Assembly (NCBI GenBank): GCA_029259185.1
Contig: JAPDJF010000003.1
Span: 40,022 to 104,021, forward strand
Direction: 5' to 3'
Length of the DNA: 64,000 nt
From: Hadesarchaea archaeon
Lineage (GTDB): Archaea; Hadarchaeota; Hadarchaeia; Hadarchaeales; WYZ-LMO6
In this document: positions 28,493 to 39,315 of the stretch, one piece after another
How the letters are laid out: every line of letters starts with the position of its first letter
How positions within the stretch are numbered: position 1 is the stretch's first letter
Notes under the pieces: model-generated
The model's database searches: none
Told to the model about the DNA's origin: nothing
The model's input: only the letters and a program-made list of their open reading frames with translations
Program-made: the position numbers and the translations under genes

Positions 28493-30516
28493 TCGACTAC
28501 GTGCCCACCATCTGTCCGTACTGCGGGTGCGGGTGTGGTATGTACTTGGTGGTGAAAGAGGGGAGGATAGTGGGTGTGGAGCCATGGAAGGAACATCCAG
28601 TGAGTGAAGGAAAGCTGTGTCCAAAAGGGAGGAATTCTTACGAGTTCCTGTACAGCCATGATAGATTGAAAAAACCATTGGTACGTCGGGGAGATAGACT
28701 TGTGGAAGGATCTTGGGAGGATGCGCTTCGCCGAGTGGTCAACGAGTTCAGAGATACCTCTCCAGAGGATTTTGGAATTCTCGCATCGGGAAAGACAACA
28801 AATGAGGAGAGCTATGTGTTGCAGAAGTTCGGGAGGGTAGTTATAGGAACCAACAACATAGACTACTGTGCTAGGTTCTGTCACGCAACCACGGTTGGTG
28901 GGTTGGGGCCCACCTTAGGTTCTGGAGTGATGGCATCTTCCGTGCTAGACTACGAGCTTCCCGATTGTTTTTTGATAGCCGGGGTGAATGTTCAGGAGAC
29001 ATTCCCTGCTATCGCGAGACGCATCAAAAGGGCAAAAGAACGTGGGGCAAAGATAATAGTTATCGACCCCCGGAAGACGCTTACGGCTAAGCTTTATGCA
29101 GATATACATCTCCAACTCTTTCCGGGAACCGATGTTGCACTCATAAATGGGATGATGCGCGTGATACTGGATGAGGGACTTGAAAACGGAGAGTTCATCG
29201 AGAAGAGAACCAAAGGTTTTGAGGAGCTCAAAGAATACTTGCTCAGCATCGATCTCAAAGAAGTGGAAGAAACCACGAACGTCTCGCTAGATGAAATCAA
29301 AAAGGCGGCTGAAACATATGCCGGGGCAAAAACCGGTAGCATCCTTTACGATGAGGGGATCACGGAGTACACGACGGGAGCGGAGAAAATAACCGCGTTG
29401 GCCGACTTAGCTTTGCTTACCGGACACGTGGGTAAGCCGGGTGCGGGCGTGAATCCGATGAGGGGGCAAATAAATGGAGAAGGCACAGGAGACATGGGGT
29501 GTTTCCCGGTGTTCTATCCCGGGTTCAAGCCTCTAACCGAGCAGACATTCGAATTTTTCAGGGACGTCTGGAATGTTGAGTCAATTCCCGAGAAAGCAGG
29601 CAAGACCGTTATGGAGATGCTCGAGGACTGCAAAAAACTCTACATCGTGGGTTTTAATCCCATGGTCTCTGCGCCCCACGTCACTCGGGTAAAGGAATTG
29701 TTGGAGCAGAAAGAGTTCGTGGTTGTTCAGGACATTTTTCTAACGGAGACCGCAGCTTTGGCAGATGTTGTCTTACCGAGCGCAGCGTGGGGGGAGAAAA
29801 TGGGTACACACACATGGACCGATCGAAGGGTTCAACTCGTTAGGAAAGCCGTGGATCCACCTGGAGAAGCCATTCCCGATTGGCAGATAATCTGCAGGTT
29901 AGCTGAGATGATGGGATACGGCGATCACTTCGAATACAAATCTCCACGTGATATTTTCGAGGAGATAAGGAGGTGTGTTCCCCAATATAGAGGGATCAGC
30001 TATGAAAGATTGGAGAAGAGTTCAGGAGGGATTCAGTGGCCCTGTCCTTCGGAAGATCATCCAGGGACCTCCACGATGTTCGTGGAGAGATTTAACACCC
30101 CTGATGGATTCGGACACTTTGGAGTAGTTCAGTACAGGCCCCCGGCGGAACTTCCGGATAACGAATATCCGTTCATGCTTACCACGGGGAGGGTGATATT
30201 CCATTACCACACCGGCACGATGACGAGGAGAACCGAGAGACTCAGCAACGAAGTCCCCACGGGTTTTGCCGTGATCCATCCCGAAAATGCTGAGGAGCTC
30301 GGGATAATGGATGGGGATGAGATCCTACTTGTCTCAAGACGTGGGAGAGTTAAAACTTTTGCGAGAGTCTCAAACGAGGTTGCGAGGGGGCTCATATTCA
30401 TGCCGTTTCATTTCGCCGAACGTGCGGCGAATATCCTGACGAACCCCGTGTTGGCACCCACTAAGATGCCCGAGTTCAAACTCTGTGCTGTCAGGATCGA
30501 GAGGGAGGGCAGTTGA
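28489..30516 (+). CDS. fdhA: formate dehydrogenase alpha subunit (Mo/W-bisPGD, Cys ligand)
   Basis: CPYCGCGC..LCPKG, NNIDYCARFCH, IQWPC, TTGR...HYHTGTMTRR, MPEFK. Confidence 0.9.
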   Translation: MIDYVPTICPYCGCGCGMYLVVKEGRIVGVEPWKEHPVSEGKLCPKGRNSYEFLYSHDRLKKPLVRRGDRLVEGSWEDALRRVVNEFRDTSPEDFGILASGKTTNEESYVLQKFGRVVIGTNNIDYCARFCHATTVGGLGPTLGSGVMASSVLDYELPDCFLIAGVNVQETFPAIARRIKRAKERGAKIIVIDPRKTLTAKLYADIHLQLFPGTDVALINGMMRVILDEGLENGEFIEKRTKGFEELKEYLLSIDLKEVEETTNVSLDEIKKAAETYAGAKTGSILYDEGITEYTTGAEKITALADLALLTGHVGKPGAGVNPMRGQINGEGTGDMGCFPVFYPGFKPLTEQTFEFFRDVWNVESIPEKAGKTVMEMLEDCKKLYIVGFNPMVSAPHVTRVKELLEQKEFVVVQDIFLTETAALADVVLPSAAWGEKMGTHTWTDRRVQLVRKAVDPPGEAIPDWQIICRLAEMMGYGDHFEYKSPRDIFEEIRRCVPQYRGISYERLEKSSGGIQWPCPSEDHPGTSTMFVERFNTPDGFGHFGVVQYRPPAELPDNEYPFMLTTGRVIFHYHTGTMTRRTERLSNEVPTGFAVIHPENAEELGIMDGDEILLVSRRGRVKTFARVSNEVARGLIFMPFHFAERAANILTNPVLAPTKMPEFKLCAVRIEREGS

Positions 30517-31757
30517 TGGAAGGAAGGATGTATCTGGCGATCGCTTCTGACGTCGAAATGCGAAGGAGGGGGGAATGCGGAGGGGTGGTCACTGCACTGC
30601 TCAAGTTCTTGTTAGAGAGCAAAACCGTAAACGCCGTCCTGGCCGTGAAGAAAAGGGGAAATCGATACGATGGAGTTTCCCAGCTGATCACGGATCCTGA
30701 AGAGGTGCTAGAATGTGCTGGATCCCTCCACTGTGTTTCTCCTAACATAGCCAAGAATTTGAAGAATTATCTCGATGGGGCTCAAAACATGAAGATAGCC
30801 GTGGTGTGTAAACCATGTGATGCTCGTGCGATCGTGGAGCTGACCAAGCGAGAACAAGTGAACTTCGAGAACCTCATCCTAATAGGTGTTAACTGCACGG
30901 GTATCTTCCCTCCCAATATCGCGAAAAGAATGTTGGTGGAGGAATATGGTGTAGATCCTTCTGAAGTGGTCAGGGAGGACATAGATGGGAAAAATCTGAT
31001 CATCACGCTTAGGGATGGATCCAGGAGGATGAGGGATCTGGAGGAGTTGGAGAGGAAGGGATATGGGAGAAGAGCGAATTGCAAGAGATGTGATGTGAAG
31101 ATCCCGCGGATGGCCGATTTGGCATGCGGGAAGTGGGGAGCGGAGAAGGAAGATCAGACATTCGTAGAAGTCTGTAGCGAAAGGGGAGCGGAAATACTGG
31201 AGAACGCCGTGAAATCAGGATACGTGATCGTGGAGCCTCCCAGCAGAGAGGCCATCGAAGAAAGAAAAAGAAAAGAAACTGAGGCTATCGAGTTTGCCAG
31301 AAAGGAAAGAAGGGAGGAGTTTGCCGAGATAGAGAAGATGAATCTTGAAGAGAGATTCAAGTATTGGAACGGGTATTTGGAGAGATGTGTAAAGTGTTTT
31401 GGGTGTAGGGACGTTTGTCCGATATGCTATTGCAGGGAATGTTATCTGGAAGCAGATCGTGGGCTTGTGAAACCCGGGCGGATTCCCCCCGAGCGAATGT
31501 TTCCACTCGTTCGGATAGCTCACGTAGCAGACTCATGTGTTAACTGCGGTCAGTGTGAGGACGCATGCCCGATGGAGATTCCGATATCTAAGTTATGTTC
31601 CATGTTAAACCAATATCTCAGTTCGATGTTTAGGTACATCCCCGGAATGGATCCTAGGGAGAAACCACCCCTTACCATGGTAACGGATGGGGAGTTCTCT
31701 GTTGAGGACATCGATCTCTTCTTTAATCTTAAGTTCGTGTCTGGTAAACCGAGTTGA
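30513..31757 (+). CDS. fdhB: formate dehydrogenase beta subunit (FrhB-type plus 2x[4Fe-4S])
   Basis: GECGGVVTALL, AGSLHC, KPCDA, CVKCFGCRDVCP, CVNCGQCEDACP. Confidence 0.88.
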   Translation: MMEGRMYLAIASDVEMRRRGECGGVVTALLKFLLESKTVNAVLAVKKRGNRYDGVSQLITDPEEVLECAGSLHCVSPNIAKNLKNYLDGAQNMKIAVVCKPCDARAIVELTKREQVNFENLILIGVNCTGIFPPNIAKRMLVEEYGVDPSEVVREDIDGKNLIITLRDGSRRMRDLEELERKGYGRRANCKRCDVKIPRMADLACGKWGAEKEDQTFVEVCSERGAEILENAVKSGYVIVEPPSREAIEERKRKETEAIEFARKERREEFAEIEKMNLEERFKYWNGYLERCVKCFGCRDVCPICYCRECYLEADRGLVKPGRIPPERMFPLVRIAHVADSCVNCGQCEDACPMEIPISKLCSMLNQYLSSMFRYIPGMDPREKPPLTMVTDGEFSVEDIDLFFNLKFVSGKPS

Positions 31758-31770
31758 ATCCGGGTTTTAA

Positions 31771-32065
31771 CTCTGTCGGCGGGAAGTTCCCTGCGAGAGC
31801 TGGGGATGAGAGCCGAAAACCATGTTATTTCCCCTCCAATTTCTTCCGGGAGGTGGAGAGGGCCACCCCGAACCCAACGCCTTGGAAAACCGATGACCTG
31901 CACAGCGCAGGTAGGATGGACATTGGATCTCCGTAACCGCCCGAAGGGGGATGGGATCGGGTCGGTGGATGAAGCAGGGGCTAGAGCACGCTAAAGCGGG
32001 GAAAGCTTCCGCGAAGCGCGAGGGAAAAGCGGAAGCCCCCTGCAAAAGCGAGGGGAGGAGGTCAC
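31771..32065 (+). mobile_element. non-autonomous IS200/IS605 element D with omegaRNA-like scaffold
   Basis: Follows TTTAA; left hairpin, scaffold ...GGATCTCCGTAACC...GATGAAGCAGG, right hairpin and GGAGGTCAC end. Confidence 0.82.
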
Positions 32066-32067
32066 GC

Positions 32068-33474
32068 TTATTTCCACTTTTCGGCAAGAAACTTTGGGAT
32101 CCCGGAGGAATCTCTGGGGCCTATGAGAACCTCCCACTCGAAGTTAAGCAGTTCCTCCAGTTCGCCTTTGTAGCGAGCGGCCATACCGGGTAGGATGACT
32201 TTTCGATGCTTTACTTTTTCTTTAACCCCAGATTCCTTGATGGCTTCCGCTATTTTCTCGGCCGTCAGTTTTCTTCCCGCTATCGCCGATTCCACACTTA
32301 TCCCTTCAGTATCGACAACGATCAGATAGGAAGGTACCTTGGAGGATTCTATATCACTCACCACCGTGAAGTAGGTCAGGGCGAAATTAGATGTTACCAT
32401 GATGGGAGAGTTCTCGCCCACGTCTCCAATAGTTCTCATCCCAGGATCCACGCTTACAGGCTTTCTCGGATCCGTGTATATGTTTTCCCTCAGGATCACT
32501 TGGGGCAGAAGAACCCACATCTCGTCGGATTTCAGTATGAGCAGGTCGGCGTATCTCACCATCAATATAGTTGCGAGTGAGGTTTCCATCCACATGTTTG
32601 CTTCCGACGTTTTTCCCCCGTCTTCCCAGACTCTCAGAGGAGTTCCGACTAGTGGAAATCCGACTAGTTCATCCCCGCCTTTTATGGCCGTGTTTCTCAA
32701 TGCCGTGAAGTTATTTATGGTTTCCTTTATTTTTTCCCCGAAGCTAGCTCCCGGATCCAGCAGGATGTCTTCGATCCCATAAGCTAGTATCGTTTTGGTT
32801 AAGGACTTGAGCATTTTCAGGTTCCCGGGGGAATAAATCGTGAGAGGACACCCATACTTCGAGGCGAGTTCTGCCATCCCTTTCCAGTTATCCTCGGTAG
32901 CGGCATACAACAACGGCTTTCTTTCGGAAACCGTGCTCAGTGCACGCTCCATTGTTTTTGGATCCATACACCAGAGGATCAAGGGGAGCTTAGTCATCGA
33001 TGCTTTCTTCACAGCTCTCTCGAATTTTTCAGGATCATTCGTTACACACCGAACAGCTATCATGTCGAGCTTGAGGGTCTTCCCTATGTATGTATATCCA
33101 AATTCCTCCACTCTTTTGATTCTTTTCAGGATGTCGATTTCGGACATGTCGTCATCGACCGTGATCGCTATCGGCACGGGATTGAAATATCGATACTCAT
33201 GTCTTCTAACCACGAGTTGACCACCCACCTTCACTTGACTTTCTCCAGTACCTATGGTGACCTCCTTAACGGGAGGCTTGAGCATCTCTTGCAGCTTTTG
33301 GAGGCTCGCCTTGTACTTATCTTCAAAGAGCTCAGGGCACTCCTCGATCGAAATTGTTCGCTCAGCCAGCCTAGCCGCGAAGGCCATACAAACACCGGGT
33401 TCACATTTGCCACAGTTGGTCTTCGGCAAAAGCGCGTATATGTCCAAAGGTCCTATCTTCTTCTTGGCGGCCAA
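32068..33474 (-). CDS. cdhE: acetyl-CoA decarbonylase/synthase gamma subunit (CoFeSP large)
   Basis: LPKTNCGKC..CMAFA..CP, NIYTDPRKP, TSNFALTYFTV, GPRDSSGI. Confidence 0.95.
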   Translation of the reverse strand: MAAKKKIGPLDIYALLPKTNCGKCEPGVCMAFAARLAERTISIEECPELFEDKYKASLQKLQEMLKPPVKEVTIGTGESQVKVGGQLVVRRHEYRYFNPVPIAITVDDDMSEIDILKRIKRVEEFGYTYIGKTLKLDMIAVRCVTNDPEKFERAVKKASMTKLPLILWCMDPKTMERALSTVSERKPLLYAATEDNWKGMAELASKYGCPLTIYSPGNLKMLKSLTKTILAYGIEDILLDPGASFGEKIKETINNFTALRNTAIKGGDELVGFPLVGTPLRVWEDGGKTSEANMWMETSLATILMVRYADLLILKSDEMWVLLPQVILRENIYTDPRKPVSVDPGMRTIGDVGENSPIMVTSNFALTYFTVVSDIESSKVPSYLIVVDTEGISVESAIAGRKLTAEKIAEAIKESGVKEKVKHRKVILPGMAARYKGELEELLNFEWEVLIGPRDSSGIPKFLAEKWK

Positions 33475-33478
33475 GACT

Positions 33479-34657
33479 TCACTCCCCTATCCCTATCCAA
33501 TCTTGGAAGGTAGGTTCCCCTTTTTCACCCATTAGCCATTTGATGACATCTTTCATCGTTCGGATGGCAGCTGGATGAAGCGTGATGTACAAATCATTTC
33601 CCGCCATGAGCATCGTGAGAGCCATGGCCGCCTCCCACATGGGCCCTCTGTACCGCCTCGGCCCGAGTTCGGGCTCCGGTTTCCAAGCCTCTCGAGCACC
33701 CCATGCGTTCGCGGTTGCGGATCCCATTGGGCACTGAAGCTCTTCATCCCCCATCAAGCCTGCCAAACGTATCCGTTCCATGATCGAGAATGCGTATTCG
33801 ATCCCGTACCCCAAGGGGGCGGAGGTTGGATCTATTATTACTCTCTCCTTCGGCACATAATCGAAGAGCTTTCGATTCAGCTCCTTAGCTTGGGCCATGT
33901 CGATGGAGGTCCAAGCGAGTACTACATGCCCATGTTTTTTGGCAGCCTCGGCAACAGGCTCCCACATGTCTAAGGTAGCCGAGCTCAGCAGGACGCGCTC
34001 TCCTTCGCAAGTTTCTGCTACCTTCGGTAGGAGCTTGGCATCTTTCTCCGGGTTGCCCGAGCCCCCCACGACGAGGGGGACGTCAACCGCCTGAAGGATA
34101 TTTTCAACTAGCTTGCATGATTCTTCGATGGGCGTATTCTTCGTGTAAGGGTCACTACTCACTAGCTCTATGTCTACCATATCAGCTCCAAATTTTTCAA
34201 CGGCTATCCTAGCCCACTCCACAGGATCCTCTAGTGCATCTCCCAAGACCGTCTTCACCGGGCCTGGAAGCCTGATAGGCATGTCGAACACATCGCCAGC
34301 TATCACGGGGGGGTTTGGGAACTTTCCTTCGAAGAAATGCCAGGGGGGAGCGGTAGCCCCACCTATTTTTATGACTTTTCCTCTAGTGCCCCCATCGGCC
34401 CTCGTGGCTCCGAGTGTTACTTCTGCTATCGATCCAGGGTACTCCTGCACGAATGGCGAGAATTCGGTCTCCAAAATCGAACTCGGTTTGGGTAGGGAGG
34501 GTGGTGAGGGCAAAACGGTTGGAGCGACTTGAGCCAGCGATCTGAACACAAGTTTGAGATCCTCAGCGTTGAGTTCTACGTTTTGAAGTTCAAACTCATT
34601 GTATTGCTTGAGAAGCTCCAATAAACCATCTATTGGGGTTCTCTCCCCTGCCTTCAT
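33479..34657 (-). CDS. cdhD: acetyl-CoA decarbonylase/synthase delta subunit (CoFeSP small)
   Basis: GATRADGGTRG, GGSGNPEKD, DPTSAPLGYGIEY, NAWGAREAW. Confidence 0.95.
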   Translation of the reverse strand: MKAGERTPIDGLLELLKQYNEFELQNVELNAEDLKLVFRSLAQVAPTVLPSPPSLPKPSSILETEFSPFVQEYPGSIAEVTLGATRADGGTRGKVIKIGGATAPPWHFFEGKFPNPPVIAGDVFDMPIRLPGPVKTVLGDALEDPVEWARIAVEKFGADMVDIELVSSDPYTKNTPIEESCKLVENILQAVDVPLVVGGSGNPEKDAKLLPKVAETCEGERVLLSSATLDMWEPVAEAAKKHGHVVLAWTSIDMAQAKELNRKLFDYVPKERVIIDPTSAPLGYGIEYAFSIMERIRLAGLMGDEELQCPMGSATANAWGAREAWKPEPELGPRRYRGPMWEAAMALTMLMAGNDLYITLHPAAIRTMKDVIKWLMGEKGEPTFQDWIGIGE

Positions 34658-36105
34658 TCTTTGCCACCCTTTCTCTTCTCAATCCTTCGCACTATGAGCT
34701 TCTCAGCGAAAATCTTTGCGTTCTTGAGGATTATCTCGAATTCCATTCCTCCGGGAACCCCCGAGACGGGCATGGTGATGGTGGGTGCAGTCACTACTTC
34801 CGTGGGGGGTGCCGCTTCCTCAGCGGTAGCGGCAACCTCGGCCTCGACACCTTTTAGCCCCTTCACACCGAGCTTCTTTAGGTGTTCACTCGGTTCGACT
34901 ATGGGGTGACCATGGGCTTTCAGAAATTCTTTCAGCTCCTCAACGCTTTTCACGTCCTCCTCGGTGGGGATCTTATCCACCACATCTGGAGGAATGAAAT
35001 CTTTGACTCTTTCCTTGGCTTCTTTTGGAATCCAAACTATCCTATACCACCCCCCATCTGCTTGGAGGAATTTCGGAGATCTCATGTATTCAAACGACAG
35101 ACCATGGAATCCGTCCACCTGCCTCCCACCTGCGGTCGAGTCGGCCATGGTTGAGAAAGGCACACCATTTATAGCTGGTCCCTTGAAGTCTCGGTGAACG
35201 ATTCCGAGTCCATCGACCTCAGGTATGTAGAACGCTATGGCCTCGAAACATCCACAGGAAGTGTGGGGGTATCCGAACGCCGTGTATAACCACACCTTCT
35301 TGACCTCCCCGAGCGATTTTTCCTTAACGGATTCGTTAGCACCAGTCCATTCTCCCTTCAACGGATCTATGCACTCCCCTATTTTGACCTCGTATATAGG
35401 CCCCTTCGGGTCCACCTTTGCAGCGGCTCTTCCATCGAACCATCCGATGGCACCACAATTTGCATACCTCTGAGGCGTTATCACGCACACATGGGTGGGG
35501 GCAAAAGACTGGCACAGCGTACACCCATAGAACACGTCTACATCTTCATCCTTGAGCCCCCTCGCGCGGGCGTCACGGGCATCATAAATTTTTAGAGCTT
35601 CTGAATACAGTTTTTCCACTTCAGCGGGATCCGTGTAGAACGTCACCTGAACTTTCTCTATTATGGGACACTCGCTGTGGTACAACCTGGCGATAACCTT
35701 TCCCAAGTGCTCTAAGGTCAGCCCTCTTTGTACAGATTTTTTACTCACCCTACACCATATCGTGTTTCTCTGGTTAAGGTGCATGAACCCCTCAACCCAG
35801 TTGGTGAAGTAGTGAAGACGTCTCTCAAAGACTCCCTCCATCTCCTCCTCAAGATCTTTTCCGCTAGCTTCGACAATGATGGCGAACGGCAGCTTACTTC
35901 CTTCCTGCATGTCCTTGAACTCTGGGCCGACCACCTTTATCTTGCCGTCTTCAACTTTGTCGGGAGATTTCACTCGAAAGAGTTCAAACTTATGCTTGAT
36001 GTCTGGACCGCCCAACTCAGCATGCATCTCCCCCTTTCTTATCCGCTCACCTTCGTACACAACCCCCACGTCAACGGGGATATCCCCAAACATTCCTGAT
36101 TTCAT
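34654..36105 (-). CDS. cdhC: acetyl-CoA synthase beta subunit
   Basis: YEGERIRK, FYGCTLCQSFAPTHVC, PHTSCGCFE, KFLQADGG. Confidence 0.96.
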   Translation of the reverse strand: MKSGMFGDIPVDVGVVYEGERIRKGEMHAELGGPDIKHKFELFRVKSPDKVEDGKIKVVGPEFKDMQEGSKLPFAIIVEASGKDLEEEMEGVFERRLHYFTNWVEGFMHLNQRNTIWCRVSKKSVQRGLTLEHLGKVIARLYHSECPIIEKVQVTFYTDPAEVEKLYSEALKIYDARDARARGLKDEDVDVFYGCTLCQSFAPTHVCVITPQRYANCGAIGWFDGRAAAKVDPKGPIYEVKIGECIDPLKGEWTGANESVKEKSLGEVKKVWLYTAFGYPHTSCGCFEAIAFYIPEVDGLGIVHRDFKGPAINGVPFSTMADSTAGGRQVDGFHGLSFEYMRSPKFLQADGGWYRIVWIPKEAKERVKDFIPPDVVDKIPTEEDVKSVEELKEFLKAHGHPIVEPSEHLKKLGVKGLKGVEAEVAATAEEAAPPTEVVTAPTITMPVSGVPGGMEFEIILKNAKIFAEKLIVRRIEKRKGGKE

Positions 36106-36644
36106 TTTTTCTCCATCCCCTGAGCGATTTTTTCGAGGTTCTTATACCACTCCTCCACGGGGAGATTGGGAAATGACCAACTACAATGTGGCTGATAAAA
36201 TCTATTTAAAGATATCGTCTTGAGGTGGGGGGCAAAAGATTTGAGTCCAGAGCCTACCAACCATTCCATGTAATATGGACCAAGGCCTAGCATCAAGACG
36301 AGATCGTGGGGGGCTCCGTTATCCGAAACACTCCACTCCGGATCCGTGAGTCTCCCCCCTATCTCCATCAGGGACATTCTGGCGGTGGGAGTGAAACCCC
36401 TCCTCTTGAACTCTACTACGGTCTGAGCCGTGGCTACCACAGGAATGTTGCCACCCTTAGCTATGCGGATCGCATAGTCTATGGGAAATTTACCATTGAA
36501 TTCGTCTCTCAGTGCTCCCGTCCCTACTATGAATAATGGCTTTTTAGCTTTCTTCACCAAAGCTGGGACCATCTCGGGTTTGTTTATCACCACAGCTTTA
36601 ATCGGTCCTGGGATTTCCCCCCTCTGCCATGGTTCGAATGCCAA
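36102..36644 (-). CDS. cdhB: CODH/ACS epsilon subunit
   Basis: Position in cdh operon; KAKKPLFIVG, YQPHCSWSFPN. Confidence 0.88.
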   Translation of the reverse strand: MAFEPWQRGEIPGPIKAVVINKPEMVPALVKKAKKPLFIVGTGALRDEFNGKFPIDYAIRIAKGGNIPVVATAQTVVEFKRRGFTPTARMSLMEIGGRLTDPEWSVSDNGAPHDLVLMLGLGPYYMEWLVGSGLKSFAPHLKTISLNRFYQPHCSWSFPNLPVEEWYKNLEKIAQGMEKK

Positions 36645-36647
36645 ATT

Positions 36648-39002
36648 TTATCCCTCCGACTTGGCTCTCACCAGCCTAGGCAATAATGTGGGATCTGGAT
36701 TGGGATTTTCGTTTTCTTCCCAGCCCTTTTCCTTCAGGAGGGCCATCACCTCGTCCTTCATCGTCACCGGAATGTCTGCGATCGTTCGAACAAAAAGGTG
36801 AACATCGTCAGGAAGCTCTCCGAAGAATCGCCTATGGAGGTCTATGTAGTGGTTAAGCTTTATCGCTCTGCCTTTAGTGGTATCACTGGCCCTCATGCAG
36901 AGTTTGGGGATCAATACCATAGCTTCCTCCATCGTTTCGGCCGCGATGAACAGGTGTTCGGGGACTGGGCCGGCGTACGCGCTTTTCCCTGTTCTGGCAT
37001 CTATGACGTACCAAGCTTCTTTGTCATCCTTTCTGCCAAGGAGCATGCGCCTGTATTTGGAGCCATGGGGACCAACGATGACCGGAATCCCCAGCCTCCA
37101 GAATCCGCTCGCTATGGAGGAGGCTTTTTGGGAATATGCACCCCAAGCCACGCCAACTGCTCCAACCCTGTTGTGGATGTAATCAGCGATCTCCTCATAG
37201 TTTGACCTGAGCTTACGCTTTGCGAATATACTAGCGATCTTTATCGCGGCTCCAGAGATGTGCGGGTTGGAAACGCACGACCCGCAGTTGATCAGACCAC
37301 CCGCTTCGAACGCGCCTGGGTATGCCTCATACGGGCTTTGTCCGTTTTCGTCTTTATACATCCCTATTGACATCGCTGCACACCCGGTCGTGCACACGAT
37401 GTATCTCCGTTTTGTGAACTCGGATGCCATGATAGGGACTTCCTTCCAGGTTCCGGGATAGTTCGCACAGCCCACGAATGCCACTACTCCCGGGATCTCC
37501 CCCATCACGATCGGCTGACCAACTCTCCTTATCTCGACATCTTGAATCGCACCCCTACCTGCCCGCATCTTGTGCTTTTCCTCCGCTATCCTACGCTTGG
37601 AGGCCCCCACTATCAAGGTGTGGGGATGGATTTGAGCTGGGCATATTCCTTCCTGTTCACACCGACCACACCCGACGCATGACTCGTACAGCTCGGAAAG
37701 CGGCTGCAAGTTCCCTTTGCTGGCCTCCTCTAGGGCTTCGGGGATTGGGAGGGTATTGGGGCAAACCCTGACACAGGCATAGCACTTTCTGCACTTTTTG
37801 GCCTCTTCTATGACCGCAGATTCCTCCGGTACTATTTTGAATTTCTTCCGCTTGGGCGCGATCGCTGTAGCTACCCTAACGGCCACTTCTCCAGCTTTTT
37901 CGGAATCTAGGATAGCCACTCCTGGGACTCTTCCCTCTACCAGATCTCGCACTATATCGTCAACGGAATCCCCAGTTCGATCTTGGAGACCTTGGAAGTT
38001 TTTGTAATGGGTTGAAATCAGCGGGGCGTGCACTTTCTGGGCTTCGACCACGATGTCTGTTCTGATGCACTGCTCATCAACTACTATGACATCCGCAAAA
38101 CCTGATCGGACGAATCTCAATTGGAAGGAAATCGGCCCCACGATCTTTGCCTTTTGAGAATACCTCGTGAGATCGATAGCTGTGCAACATATCCCACAAA
38201 CTTCTATACTGTCTTCCAATCCATGATTTCTCATGTAATCAGCTATCTCTACGGCCGGCGGCACGTTGTGGCCTATTACGAGAATAACGGGTTTGGATTT
38301 ATCTATGCACCCCATCCCCACTTCGATGAGCGGTGCATCGGGGTCGGCCTTTGGGAAACCATAAGTAGAGATCTGTGCGATATCAGCGACTTCCATGGAG
38401 ACGTGATCGATCATTCCCGCGTGGAACACCTTTGATTCGAAATCTATATTGTCGCCCTCTTGACCCGTATGACATGAGGAGAGCAAATGTACTATTTCAG
38501 TCTCACAGTAGTCGAGCACATCCTCCAAGTCCGCCAGCGTTCTAGGCTTTATACCCGTAACCAGCCTAATGTTTGGCGCTTCTAAATACACATTTTCCCC
38601 CCCCACATCCAGTGGATGATCTCTGCCGAACTTCGCTATTAGCTCTTCCACCATGTGTCGGGCGTGACCACAGTGGGTGGCTGCACCTATGGAGCATGAG
38701 AGCAGTACGAATCTAGAGAGTTGGGCTTTCATGTCGAGTCCGCATGCACCTCGCTTACCCTTGCTCAGATCGCACTTACCAAAAGTACACAAACAGCAGA
38801 GATCACACCAGGGGAGGTAAAAGGGTTTATACTTGGTGAGGAGCTTGTGATCCCACTCTCTGAACGTGCCGATGTCGGGCATTGGGGTTGGACCCGGCTC
38901 TTCTTCCCACTCTTTGATGATCCGCCCCACACTGAACTCCAAGCCCTTAGCCTTCACCAAATCCGTAACGAGTTCATCGAATTTGATCCTAGTTTTGCTC
39001 AT
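36648..39002 (-). CDS. cdhA: CO dehydrogenase alpha subunit (archaeal type with extra Fe-S clusters)
   Basis: CDLCCLCTFGKC, GHNV, GICCT, DEQC, CRKCYACVRVCP, CVGCGRC, GSCVSN; start taken at MSKTR. Confidence 0.95.
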   Translation of the reverse strand: MSKTRIKFDELVTDLVKAKGLEFSVGRIIKEWEEEPGPTPMPDIGTFREWDHKLLTKYKPFYLPWCDLCCLCTFGKCDLSKGKRGACGLDMKAQLSRFVLLSCSIGAATHCGHARHMVEELIAKFGRDHPLDVGGENVYLEAPNIRLVTGIKPRTLADLEDVLDYCETEIVHLLSSCHTGQEGDNIDFESKVFHAGMIDHVSMEVADIAQISTYGFPKADPDAPLIEVGMGCIDKSKPVILVIGHNVPPAVEIADYMRNHGLEDSIEVCGICCTAIDLTRYSQKAKIVGPISFQLRFVRSGFADVIVVDEQCIRTDIVVEAQKVHAPLISTHYKNFQGLQDRTGDSVDDIVRDLVEGRVPGVAILDSEKAGEVAVRVATAIAPKRKKFKIVPEESAVIEEAKKCRKCYACVRVCPNTLPIPEALEEASKGNLQPLSELYESCVGCGRCEQEGICPAQIHPHTLIVGASKRRIAEEKHKMRAGRGAIQDVEIRRVGQPIVMGEIPGVVAFVGCANYPGTWKEVPIMASEFTKRRYIVCTTGCAAMSIGMYKDENGQSPYEAYPGAFEAGGLINCGSCVSNPHISGAAIKIASIFAKRKLRSNYEEIADYIHNRVGAVGVAWGAYSQKASSIASGFWRLGIPVIVGPHGSKYRRMLLGRKDDKEAWYVIDARTGKSAYAGPVPEHLFIAAETMEEAMVLIPKLCMRASDTTKGRAIKLNHYIDLHRRFFGELPDDVHLFVRTIADIPVTMKDEVMALLKEKGWEENENPNPDPTLLPRLVRAKSEG

Positions 39003-39315
39003 GTGGCTTCCTCCAGACTGAGAGACATAGGAATAAAATCGAGAGCCTGCTATCCAAATCCGGAAAGATCTCTCCATTCGTTAAATGTGTAACCGCGGTC
39101 AAATCTGTGTTTTTTTTAAGCGATGACATAAAAACTTATCGGGCTTGGGGTTCTCCTCAAGATTATTGAGTTTTGATGAATCTTAAGAGATCTGCGCATA
39201 GAAAAAATTCGATCATAGAGGGCCGAAAGTCTTTCACCTATAGCATCGCTTTTTTGTCCGAAAAAGATGGTTCCAACTAGATAAGCGACCTTTCACCTGC
39301 TGACGCTTTCGTCGC

